This document shows positions 34,071-45,433 of a stretch of 64,000 bases of DNA, in pieces (position 1 is the first letter of the stretch; each line of letters begins with the position of its first letter). The notes under the pieces are model-generated. The model ran no database searches. It saw only the letters and a program-made list of their open reading frames with translations, and was not told the DNA's origin. The position numbers were made by a program, and so were the translations under genes. The DNA lies in the NCBI RefSeq assembly GCF_003918875.1, contig NW_025767081.1, positions 496,001-560,000 on the forward strand, read 5' to 3'. The stretch comes from Haliotis rubra. Taxonomy: Eukaryota.

Positions 34071-35582
34071 CTATTTGGGTAAAGCTGCCCTCCAGCCTGC
34101 ATGTAGTTGTTTGCTGAGTTGAGCCACCACAGCACTGTAGGCGGAATCATAAGCCAGGTTCTTATTTTCCTGAGGATCGCCATAATGGTCGTACAGTTCC
34201 AAACCAAACACTTCTGTCCAGTCCGGCTTGTACACAGGTTGTAGGTTGAATTTGACCCACTCTGTGTATCTGTAATGATCGGTGGTCATGCTGTAGCCCA
34301 TTTGATCTCCGTTGTATTCATTCCTCGGGTACTGGGAGAACACAGCCTTCTTCCAGTTGGGACTTGCTGGGTTTGTTATCAGAGGTATCAAACTAGTGCC
34401 TTCAGTGCAGACTAGAACGTTGGTGGAGTTTTCTGGACACAGATTTATAGGAGGTAGACCTGCAGCTTCTACCAGAGTAGGAAACAGATCCACAAACTCG
34501 GTGAGTTCTTCAGTGACGATGCCCTTGTCTGTGAGACCCGGCACATGTATCATCATAGGGGCGTGGGTTGCGAGCTCAAAGTCCGTGTGTTTGCACCACT
34601 CACCGTGTTCCCCCAGTTGCCAACCGTGATCTCCCCAGAAGGAGATGATTGTGTTGTTGGCAAGGCCTTGATTCTCCAGCTCCTGGATAACTCGACCCAG
34701 CTCGTAGTCCGTGTAGCTTAGAGCGCTGTAGTACCCTCTCCTCAAGTTGAGGATGACATCGTTTGGGAGTGTGGTATTGATGTCTCCCGAAATATGTAAT
34801 TTCTCAATGTCAACGTATCCTCTGAGCTCTGAATAATTAGACCATGCAATTACCGGCATCTTATCAGGAGCATAGAGGTTGGGTGGCAGATTGATGGAGG
34901 ACTCGGGGTACATGTCAAAGAACATCTGTGGTGCCACAAAGGGAAGATGAGGTTTGAAGAATCCTTGAGCGATGAAAAATGGACGTTCTCCAGATTTAGC
35001 TTGAGGGGCTACTTGTCTGATCATGTTAATGGCATAATCTCCATTCTGTGTGTCTGCAAGGGAGTTGTTCTTTAGAAGGTCCATCGGCACGCTCAACCAA
35101 GTAACTTTTTCCTTGTACACAAATTTGTTAGCCTCTTTGCCTACATGAAAATATGGGTCTGTCCAGGAAATCGGGTCGTTGTAGCCAGAAGCAGGTCCTG
35201 GATGGAAAACCTTACCCGAACCTATCGTTCTGTAGCCGTGCTCCTTAAAATACTGAGGGATGGTGGTGAAGTTACCTCCCACATCTCTCCAGTAAGCTTG
35301 TAGATCATACACATGGGTAGTGTCTGGTCGTCGTCCAGTGAGGAGAGATGATCTGCTCGGGGAACACACAGCCTGCTGAACATGGGCTCTCTTTAACAGA
35401 AGACTCTTCCGAGCGAGGGCATCAAGGTTTGGTGAGTGTATCGGAGGATGAACAGGACTGGGGAAGTCTTTCCCACCAAAAACAGTGAGTTCCGGTCTCA
35501 TGTCATCTGACACCAGAAACAACACATTCATACGGGCCCGGGTGGCAGTAATCGCCAGCAGAAGAAGAGTCAACCTCAGCAT
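34071..35582 (-). CDS. IDS: IDS-like sulfatase, copy 6 (type B'), 503 aa
   Basis: Intact from the ATG at 35582 (MLRLTLLLL); CSPSR; GFFKPH variant shared with copy 2. Confidence 0.93.
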   Translation of the reverse strand: MLRLTLLLLAITATRARMNVLFLVSDDMRPELTVFGGKDFPSPVHPPIHSPNLDALARKSLLLKRAHVQQAVCSPSRSSLLTGRRPDTTHVYDLQAYWRDVGGNFTTIPQYFKEHGYRTIGSGKVFHPGPASGYNDPISWTDPYFHVGKEANKFVYKEKVTWLSVPMDLLKNNSLADTQNGDYAINMIRQVAPQAKSGERPFFIAQGFFKPHLPFVAPQMFFDMYPESSINLPPNLYAPDKMPVIAWSNYSELRGYVDIEKLHISGDINTTLPNDVILNLRRGYYSALSYTDYELGRVIQELENQGLANNTIISFWGDHGWQLGEHGEWCKHTDFELATHAPMMIHVPGLTDKGIVTEELTEFVDLFPTLVEAAGLPPINLCPENSTNVLVCTEGTSLIPLITNPASPNWKKAVFSQYPRNEYNGDQMGYSMTTDHYRYTEWVKFNLQPVYKPDWTEVFGLELYDHYGDPQENKNLAYDSAYSAVVAQLSKQLHAGWRAALPK

Positions 35583-36378
35583 TATGGCGTCTAAATCACA
35601 CTGTCTTCCAACTGACGCGAAATGATTTATATATTTTCTGGCCTGTGAAGATAGCAGACGATTCTTATCAGTTGGAATGTTTGTTATGTGCATGTGTGGC
35701 AACAACACAACAAAACAATGTTACATGGTCTTAAAGGCCGGCATTAACAGAACACTCCTTCGTGCCAGTTCGTGTAGGTTTGGTAAATCCATGGAAGGAT
35801 ATCACCAAGGGACCACATTTCTCTTGGTCGGAATGACAATCGATGTCAAAAACAAAGATATCGGTGCTTCAGACATTGAGGTCAACTAAAGGTTAGTTGA
35901 AAGAATTTAGATTTTGATAAACGAAATTGTACAAATACTTGGGAACATGCACCTGTGTCTTTATCGTTATATCATGGCATGGCATAAGAACTTTTTGTAT
36001 CACACAATCAATGTGTTGTGCTTGGCCATAACATGCACAGACTGCCTATACTGATTGTCTTTAAAATGTATTTATGGTTTTCAGTAAATGCAAAATGTAA
36101 ACGCGAGGGAATGTCCAGTCATGATTATCTGACGAAATAGACTCTACTGGACGTATTGGCAGAGTAGCAGCGGAAATAGAATGGATCACGGGAAAGCAAC
36201 GACGACACAAAGGAGTTCGCAAAAAGGCTTAACATGTCCTGCACAAAGAAGAAATATGACTCTTCAGCTGAAAATGAACTTGGATGTTTTCAGTTTGTAA
36301 CTGGAGTGGATATTTGGTATCATCAGTCTTCTTTCCATCTATGAACTGTTATGGTAATGATTGTTTTCATAGTGAAAA

Positions 36379-36636
36379 GTGAGTGAGTGAGTGAGTGCGT
36401 GAGTTTAGTTTTACGCAGCACTCAGCAATATTCCATTTATATGGCGGTGGTGTGTAAATAATCGAGTCTGGATTAGACAATCCAGTGATCAACAGCATGA
36501 GCATCGATCTACGCAATTGGGAACCGATGACATGTGTTAAACAAGTCAGCGAGCCAGACCACTCGATCACGTTAGTCGCCTCTTACGACAAGTATCGGTT
36601 ACTGAAGACCCATTTTAAACCGGATCTTTACGGGTT
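36379..36636 (-). mobile_element. SINE-like repeat, family B
   Basis: Paralogous to 12418-12672. Confidence 0.75.
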
Positions 36637-38105
36637 CATAGTGAAAAGCGGCGGCGGGGTAGCCCTGTCATGCCGAAGTCTCGGGTCCAATTCGCAGTAT
36701 GGATACATTGTGTGCAGGTTCTGGTGCCCCCATGATCATGATATTGCTGCATCATTGATAAACGCCGAGAAAAACTGTAGTTACTCACTCAATCACTGTA
36801 ACAGAGTAACCCCAAAACTGTGGTGTACTACTCAAGCTTTACCTCTCCCCCTCTCTCGCGTGATTACAGTGACGCACGCCTCACCGCAATCCCATAGGTC
36901 AATTTATCTGTTCCAGAACAAAGCGACAGTATCTGAATGCTAACGGTAACTGCCACCACGATAGAAAGGAGATTTTTAGTGAAAGTTGACCTTTGATTGT
37001 CCAGTTATTATATCTCCATTTTTAGAAGTTTAAGAGAAAAATCACATTTAGTCATTTCCTCGCTGGACGCGGGAACATCTTCGTGGTCCAGTGGATAGAA
37101 CATAAGATCGGTGTTTCGATCCCTAAACATTGTCCTACAAAAAATCGAAAATAACGCCGACTGGCTGGTTCGGAGTCAGTATATCATATGGCTTAGATGT
37201 GAATCCATGTTTATCTGTGACATGATGTTTCAATTGGTTAGTCCGGACTTGTACAGAATTCACACAAAGATGTGCACTCATGAGATGATCGTTAACACGA
37301 TCATAAATGCCCTTTCATCCCATCTAGCTATTTGCAGATTTATGCTACCAATGTTCATAAATATTCTGTTATCTTTGAATAGTTTGATTTGGAGATGAGT
37401 TTAAATTGAAGATGTTGAGAGTTGCCATGTGTCTGGCGTGTTAAATAATTTGGGTGGTAAAAACAAAAGAGCATTATGGCCGCAGATGTTTACAATGTAG
37501 TGAAAGCAACAAGCAAATGTATGGTGCTTGTTGTATATCAAGTGTGATGATCGAGGTGATTCGAAAATATGATCACAGATTCTGGTTCTCCTAAAGGACA
37601 ACTCGTAATTTGAAACAACTGCAAGTGGATCCTGGACGAGATAAAGGGACGCAACTTTACACATTGAATAACCGCTCCTACACCACTTGCCCTCTCAATG
37701 TAATGAAATAAACGGAACACGATTCTTCCGTTCTCTTAGACTCGATGTTCTAAACAAGGTAGTTATCATATTAAAACATGTAAACGTCAGACAATTACCA
37801 GTCTCGATTACTGATGGAACATATTTCACTGCACGTCAAAGGCAAAAACAATACGTGGAAATTATAGGAATGGATCACTGAAAGTCATTGATGTTTATGA
37901 AATAGAGTATACTAAATTATCATGTCCAATCGGTAGCTCTCACCAGTCACGCTATTTGCATGAACAATTACGAGCATATATAAATGTATCTAAAACTGGA
38001 TTCTTCAGACAGCTTTAATATTCTCAGTGCGGCCTCAAACAACCACAATATATTCTTACACACATCAGCAGGTGCTCTGATTGTAGCATCCCCTATATAT
38101 TCCTC

Positions 38106-39617
38106 CTATTTGGGTAAAGCCGCCCTCCAGCCTGCATGTAGTTGTTTGCTGAGTTGAGCCACCACAGCGCTGTAGGCGGAATCATAAGCCAGGTTCTTGT
38201 TTTCTTGAGGATCGCCATAATGGTCGTACAGTTCCACACCAAACACTTCTGTCCAGTCCGGCTTGTACACAGGTTGAAGGTTGAATTTGACCCACTCTGT
38301 GTATCTGTAATGATCGGTGGTCATGCTGTAGCCCATCTGATCGCCGTTGTATTCATTCCTCGGGTACTGGGAGAATACAGCCTTCTTCCAGTTGGGACTT
38401 GCTGGGTTTGTTATCAGAGGTATCAAACTAGTGCCTTCAGTGCAGACTAGAACGTTGGTGGAGTTTTCTGGACACAGATTTATAGGAGGTAGACCTGCAG
38501 CTTCTACCAGAGTAGGAAACAGATCCACAAACTCGGTGAGTTCTTCAGTCACGATGCCCTTGTCAGTGAGACCCGGCACATGTACCATCATAGGGGCATG
38601 GGTTGCGAGCTCAAAGTCCGTGTGTTTGCACCACTCACCGTGTTCACCAAGTTGCCAACCGTGATCTCCCCAGAAGGAGATGATTGTGTTGTTCGCCAGG
38701 CCTTGATTCTCCAGCTCCTGGATAAGTCGTCCCAGTTCGTAGTCAGTGTAGCTGAGGGCGCTGTAGTACCCTCTCCTCAAGTTGAGAATGACATCGTTTG
38801 GGAGTGTGGTATTGATGTCTCCCGAAATATGTAATTTCTCAATGTCAACGTATCCTCTGAGCTCTGAATAATTAGACCATGCAATTACCGGCATCTTATC
38901 AGGAGCATAGAGGTTGGGTGGGAGATTGATGGAGGACTCGGGGTACATGTCAAAGAACATCTGTGGTGCCACAAAGGGAAGATGAGGTTTGTGGAATCCT
39001 TGGGCGATGAAAAATGGACGTTCTCCTGATCTAGCCTGAGGGGCCGCTTGTCTGATCATGTTAATGGCATAATCTCCATTCTGTGTGTCTGCAAGGGAGT
39101 TGTTCTTTAGAAGGTCCATCGGCACGCTCAACCAAGTGACTTTTTCCTTATATACAAATTCGTTAACTGTTTTGCCTACTTCAAAATATGGCTCAGTCCA
39201 GGAAATCGGGTCGTTGTAGCCAGAAGCAGGTCCTGGATGGAAAACCTTACCCGAACCTATCGTTCTGTAGCCGTGTTCCTTAAAATACTGAGGAATGGTG
39301 GTGAAGTTACCTCCCACATCTCTCCAGTAAGCTTGTAGATCATACACATGGGTAGTGTCCGGTCTTCGTCCTGTGAGGAGAGATGATCTGCTCGGGGAAC
39401 ACACAGCCTGCTGAACATGGGCTCTCTTTAACAGAAGACTCTTCCGAGCGAGGGCGTCAAGGTTTGGTGAATGTATCGGAGGATGAACAGGACTGGGGAA
39501 GTCTTTTCCTTCAAAAACAGTGAGTTCCGGCCTCATGTCATCTGAAACCAGAAACAACACATTCATACGAGCCCAGGCGGTAGTAATCGCCAGCAGCAGA
39601 AAAGTCAACCTCAGCAT
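38106..39617 (-). CDS. IDS: IDS-like sulfatase, copy 7 (mosaic type X), 503 aa
   Basis: Intact ORF with signal peptide and all catalytic motifs. Confidence 0.93.
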   Translation of the reverse strand: MLRLTFLLLAITTAWARMNVLFLVSDDMRPELTVFEGKDFPSPVHPPIHSPNLDALARKSLLLKRAHVQQAVCSPSRSSLLTGRRPDTTHVYDLQAYWRDVGGNFTTIPQYFKEHGYRTIGSGKVFHPGPASGYNDPISWTEPYFEVGKTVNEFVYKEKVTWLSVPMDLLKNNSLADTQNGDYAINMIRQAAPQARSGERPFFIAQGFHKPHLPFVAPQMFFDMYPESSINLPPNLYAPDKMPVIAWSNYSELRGYVDIEKLHISGDINTTLPNDVILNLRRGYYSALSYTDYELGRLIQELENQGLANNTIISFWGDHGWQLGEHGEWCKHTDFELATHAPMMVHVPGLTDKGIVTEELTEFVDLFPTLVEAAGLPPINLCPENSTNVLVCTEGTSLIPLITNPASPNWKKAVFSQYPRNEYNGDQMGYSMTTDHYRYTEWVKFNLQPVYKPDWTEVFGVELYDHYGDPQENKNLAYDSAYSAVVAQLSKQLHAGWRAALPK

Positions 39618-40417
39618 TATGGCGTCTAAATCACACTATCTTCCAAGTGACGAGAACGGATTTATATATATTCTGGTCTGTGAAGATAGCAGACGATTCT
39701 TATCATTTGGAATGTTTGTTATGTGTATGTATTGCAAAAACACAACAAAAGCAATGTTACATGGCCCTAAACAAGAGCTGGCATTAACAGAACAGTCCTT
39801 TGAGTCAATTCATGTAGGTTTGGAAAATCCATGGAAGGATGACACCAGTGGAACACATTTCCGTTAGCCTAAATGACTGTCGATGTCAAAAACAAAGATG
39901 ACGGTATGTCAGACATTGAGGTCAACTAAAGATTAGTTGAAATAATTTAGATTTTGAAAAACGAAATTTTAAAAATACTCGGGAACATGCACCTGTGTCT
40001 TTATCGTTATATCATGGCATGGCATAAGAACCTTTCGCATCAGACAATCAATCTGTTGTGCTTGGCCATAACATGCACAGACTGCCTATACTGATTGTCT
40101 TTAAAATGTATTTATGGTTTTCAGTAAATGCAAAATGTAAACGCGAGGGAATGTCCAGTCATGATTATCTGACGAAACAGATTCTACTGGACGTATTGGC
40201 AGAGTAGCAGGGGAAATAGACTGGATCAATGGAAAGCAACGACGACACAAAGGAGTTCGCAAAACCGGTTAACATGTCCTGCACAAAGAAGAAATGCGAT
40301 TCTTCAGCTGAAAATGAACATGGATGTTTTCAGTTTGTAACTGGAGTGGATATTTGGCATCATCAGTCTTTTTTTCATCTATGAACTGTTATGGTCATGA
40401 TTGTTTTCATAGTGAAA

Positions 40418-40664
40418 AGTGAGTGAGTGAGTTTAGTTTTACGCAGCACTCAGCAATATTCCATTTATATGGCGGCGGTGTGTAAATAATCGTGTCTGAA
40501 CCAGACAATCCAGTGATCAACAACATGGGCATCGATCTACGCAATTGGGAACCGATGACATGTTTCAAACAAGTCAGCGACCCTGACCACCTGATACCGT
40601 TAGTCGCCTCTTACAACAAGCATCGGTGACTGAAGACCAATTCTAACCAAGATCTTTACGGGTT
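40418..40664 (-). mobile_element. SINE-like repeat, family B
   Basis: Paralogous to 12418-12672. Confidence 0.75.
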
Positions 40665-41828
40665 CATAGTGAAAAGTGGATGCGTGGTAGCCCTGTCATG
40701 CCGAAGTCTCTATAGTTCAGTTACCAGTATGGGTACATTGTGTGCAGGTTCTGGTGCCAATGACCATGATATTGCTGCATCATTGATAAACGCCGAGAAA
40801 AACTGTAGTTACTCACTCAATCCCTGTAACAGAGTAACCCCCAAACTGTGGTGTACGACCCAAGCTTTACCTCTCGCCCTCTCTCGCGCTCTTACAGTGA
40901 CGCACGCCTCACCTCAATCCCATGGGTCAATTTATCTGTTCCAGAACAAAGCGACAGTATCTGAATGCTAACGGTAACCGCCACCACGATAGAAAGGAGA
41001 TTTTTAGTGAAAGTTGACCTTTGATTGTCCAGTTATTATATCTCCATTTTTAGAAGTTTAAGAGAAAAATCACATTTAGTCATTTCCTCGCTGGACGCGG
41101 GAACATCTTCGTGGTCTAGTGGATAGAACATAAGATCGGTGTTTCGATTCCTTAACATTGTCATATAACAAATGCGAAAATATTGAAAATAACGCCGACA
41201 GGCTGGTTCGGAGTCAGTATATCATATGGCTTAGATGTGAATCCATGTTTATCTGTGACATGATGTTTCAATTGGTTAGTCCGGACTTGTACAGAATTCA
41301 CACAAAGATGTGCACTCATGAGATGATCGTTTACACGATCATAAATGCCCTTTCATCCCATCTAGCTATTTGCAGGTTTATGCTACCAATGTTCATAAAT
41401 ATTCTGTTATCTTTGAATAGTTTGATTTGGAGATGAGTTTAACTTTGAGAACTTTATAGTTACCATGTGTCTGGCGTGTTAAATAATTTGGGTGGTATAA
41501 ACAAAAGAGTATTATGGCCTCAGATGTTTACAATGTGGTGAAAGCAACAAGGAAATGTAAAGTGTGATAATCGAGGTGATTCGAAAATATGATCACAGAT
41601 TCTGGTTCTCCTAAAGGAAAAAGTGTAATCTGAACCCACTGGAAGTAGATCCTGGACGAGATAAAGGGACGCAATTTTGCACACTGAACAACCGCTCCTT
41701 CGCCACTTGTTTATTCATGCCCTCTCAATGTAATGAAATAAACGAAACATGATTCTTCCGTTCTTCTTCCGTATATTCTTACACACATCAGCAGGTGCTC
41801 TGATTGGAGCATCCCCAATATATTCCTC

Positions 41829-43340
41829 CTATTTGGGTAAAACCGCCCTCCAACCTGCATGTAGTTGTTTGCTGAGTTGAGCCACCAGGGTGCTGTAGGC
41901 GGAATCATAAGCCAGGTTCTTGTTTTCTTGAGGATCGCCATAATGGTCGTACAGTTCAACACCAAACACTTGGGTCCAGTCCGGCTTGTACACTGGTTGT
42001 GGGTTGAATTTGACCCATTCCGTGTATCTGTAATGATCGGTGGTCATGCTGTAGCCCATCTGATCACCGTTGTATTCATTTCTCGGGTACTGGGAGAATA
42101 CAGCCTTCTTCCAGTTGGGACTTGCTGGGTTTGTTATCAGAGGTATCAAACTAGTGCCTTCAGTGCAGACTAGAACGTTGGTGGAGTTTTCTGGACACAG
42201 ATTTATAGCAGGTAGACCTGCAGCTTCTACCAGAGTAGGAAACAGATCTACAAACTCGGTGAGTTCTTCAGTCACGATGCCCTTGTCAGTGAGACCCGGC
42301 ACATGTACCATCATAGGGGCATGGGTGGCGAGCTCAAAGTCCGTGTGCTTGCACCACTCACCGTGTTCCCCCAGTTGCCAACCGTGATCTCCCCAGAAGG
42401 AGATGATTGTGTTGTTCGCCAGGCCTTGATTCTCCAGCTCCTGGATAAGTCGTCCCAGTTCGTAGTCAGTGTAGCTGAGGGCGCTGTAGTAGGCTCTCCT
42501 CAAGCCGAGGATGACATCGTTTGGGAGTGTGGTGTTGATGTCTCCCGAAATATGTAATTTCTCAATGTCAACGAATTGCCTAAGCTCTGAATAATTAGAC
42601 CATGCAATTACCGGCATCTTATCAGGAGCGTATGGATTGGGTGGGAGATTGATTGAAGACTCGGGGTACAAGTCAAAGAACATCTGTGGTGCCAAAAAGG
42701 GAAGATGAGGTTTGTGGAATCCTTGAGCGATGAAAAATGGACGTTCTCCAGATATAGCCTGGGGGGCTGCTTGTCTGATCATGTTAATGGCATAATCTGC
42801 ATTCTGGGTGTCTTGAAGGGAGTTGTTCTTTAGAAGATCTATCGACACATTCAACCAGGAAACATGCTCCTTGATTGCAAACTTGTTTGCTGTACCTCCT
42901 ACTTCAAAATATGGGTCAGTCCAGGAAATCGGGTCGTAATAATTAGAAGCATGTCCTGGATGGAAAACCTTTCCAGATCCTATCGTTCTGTAGCCGTGTT
43001 CCTTGAAATACTGAGGGATGGTGGTGAAGTTACCTCCCACATCTCTCCAGTAAGCTTGTAGATCATACACATGGGTAGTGTCCGGTCTTCGTCCTGTGAG
43101 GAGAGATGATCTGCTCGGGGAACACACAGCCTGCTGAACATGGGCTCTCTTTAACAGAAGACTCTTCCGAGCGAGGGCGTCAATGTTGGGTGAATGTATC
43201 GGAGGATGAACAGGACTGGGGAAGTCTTTTCCTTCAAAAATGGTGAGTTCCGGTCTCATGTCATCTGCCACCAAAAACAACACATTCATACGAGCCCGGG
43301 CGGCAGTCACCGCCAGCAGCAGAAGAGTCACCCTCAACAT
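41829..43340 (-). CDS. IDS: IDS-like sulfatase, copy 8 (type C'), 503 aa
   Basis: Intact ORF; closest to copy 3 (ANKFAIKEH, ELRQFVD, VILGLRRA). Confidence 0.93.
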   Translation of the reverse strand: MLRVTLLLLAVTAARARMNVLFLVADDMRPELTIFEGKDFPSPVHPPIHSPNIDALARKSLLLKRAHVQQAVCSPSRSSLLTGRRPDTTHVYDLQAYWRDVGGNFTTIPQYFKEHGYRTIGSGKVFHPGHASNYYDPISWTDPYFEVGGTANKFAIKEHVSWLNVSIDLLKNNSLQDTQNADYAINMIRQAAPQAISGERPFFIAQGFHKPHLPFLAPQMFFDLYPESSINLPPNPYAPDKMPVIAWSNYSELRQFVDIEKLHISGDINTTLPNDVILGLRRAYYSALSYTDYELGRLIQELENQGLANNTIISFWGDHGWQLGEHGEWCKHTDFELATHAPMMVHVPGLTDKGIVTEELTEFVDLFPTLVEAAGLPAINLCPENSTNVLVCTEGTSLIPLITNPASPNWKKAVFSQYPRNEYNGDQMGYSMTTDHYRYTEWVKFNPQPVYKPDWTQVFGVELYDHYGDPQENKNLAYDSAYSTLVAQLSKQLHAGWRAVLPK

Positions 43341-45433
43341 TATGGCGTCTTAATTACACTGTCTTCCAATTGACGAGAATGGATTTATCTATTTTCTAGC
43401 CTGTGAAGATAGCAGACGACCCTTATCATTTGGAATGTTTGCTATGTTCATATGGCCCTGCACAAGGACTGGCATTAGCGCAAGGACGTCCAGGTCCGGT
43501 GATTCCATAGGAGGTGTCAGACATGGAGCAGGGTGTCAGACATGGAGGTCAACTGAAGATTACTTGAAAGTATTTATATTTTGATAAGCGACATTTTTCA
43601 AATTTTTGGGAACATGCACCTGTGTCTTTATCGTTACCTCATGGCATGGCATAAGAACCTTTTGTATCAGACAACAGGCCAGACTGTGTGGTTCATGGTC
43701 ATGACATGTGTATTCTGCCTGTTTTGATTGTCTATGAAACGTATCTACGGTTTTCAAGAAATGCAAAATGTGAACCCGAAGGTATGACCAGTCTTGATTA
43801 TCCAATGGAAGAGATTCTATTGAAAGTAAAAGCCAAACAGCAGCTGCAGTGGAAAACAACGATGACATCGCAAAAAGGATTAGCATGTCCAGCATTAAGA
43901 AGAAATGCGACTCTTCAGCCAAAAATGAATTTGGGTTTTTTTAATGTGCGTACTTGGTTTGGACATACTGGTTGACATCTATGAACTGTTATGGTCATGG
44001 TTGTTTTGATATGTACAATGTGTTTAGGCTCTTGTGGCCCACCCACCCTGATATTGCTGCGTCATTGATACACGCCGAGATATACTCAATCACTATAACA
44101 GAGTAACCTCGTTCACTCGAACTCCATAACGTGCAGAATCGATTACAGTAGTATACTTTCTCAAAACTATCGGGCACTACTGTTGTATTCCATACATCTG
44201 AACTGGGATACAGGAACCTAGTAGCCATATTCGCACACAACCCTTTGCGTCAAGATTGGAATGTTAAAATGTTAAATGTGTGGTATTTTCAAACTATTAT
44301 TATTTTCTGGTACAGACATGAAGCTGAACAGCCTCTCGCCCTTGCTCAAACACTCATTTTCTTGCTCACTCACTCACTCTGTCCCTTTCTGAGGCACACT
44401 CTCTCCTGCTCATCCATTAGCTTCTTCTCCTCTTTGTTAATCCACTCACTTACCTGCCCTTACTCAATCTTTCTCAACCTCTTGCTCATTCGCCCTCTAG
44501 CTACCTCCCTTGAACACTCACTCACTCTTGACCACCCACGCCCCTGTTCTCTCCCGTTCTTAAAGTGACGCTCGTCTCAACTCACTCTTATAGTCATTGT
44601 GAAATACCGGAAAAAAGCATGAGTATCCAAATGCCAGCGGTAACTGCGATCACGGCAGAAAGGTGGTTTCTGACAATGCTATAACGTCATGAACTTGATG
44701 ACGTCACAATGTTATGACATCACTAAAATGCAAGTCTATTGGTAGTACAGTGTTCAGAGATGTACATATTTCATTGAAAACTAATGTGAACTAAAAGTAA
44801 AAATATCTTCCGTAAGCCTCGGATATTTGTAACTTTATCAAGAAGTGTTGATATAATTGATATTAGTAGACACTTGGGTGAGGTTCTCTATATGCTAACA
44901 TTGAAGAGTTTAGCTTGGAGATGAATTAAACTTTGGGCACTTTACAGTTGTCGTGTCTCGTGTATGTCAGGTTAAATAGGGGAGGTATAGACAAAAAGGG
45001 ATGATGGCCTCAGTCGTTTCAACTATGGTGAAACCAACGAGCAAATGCATGGTGCTTATGCATCAAGACTCCTAATCAGGTAATCTAAGTACTGGAAAAA
45101 AACAGCAATATGTGACTCTTCATTTTGATGTGGCTCAATAGTCCAAACAAAGTAATTATGACGTATGAAAGGTGTACGTGAGAGAATAACCAGTCCAGTT
45201 TATCAGATAAATCAGATCCATATGCTAAAAGCAAATTTATGAAGATTATTGGAACGGATCACTTACATTTAGTGATGACACTAAATGTAATCATGCCCTA
45301 CATGTAGCTCCCATGCTATTTGCATTACAACTATATGCATGTAAAAATATACCAACACCTATATTGTCTAGAGAGCTTTAATATATCACACAGATCACCA
45401 GGTGCTGATTGGAGCATCCCCAATATATTCCTC

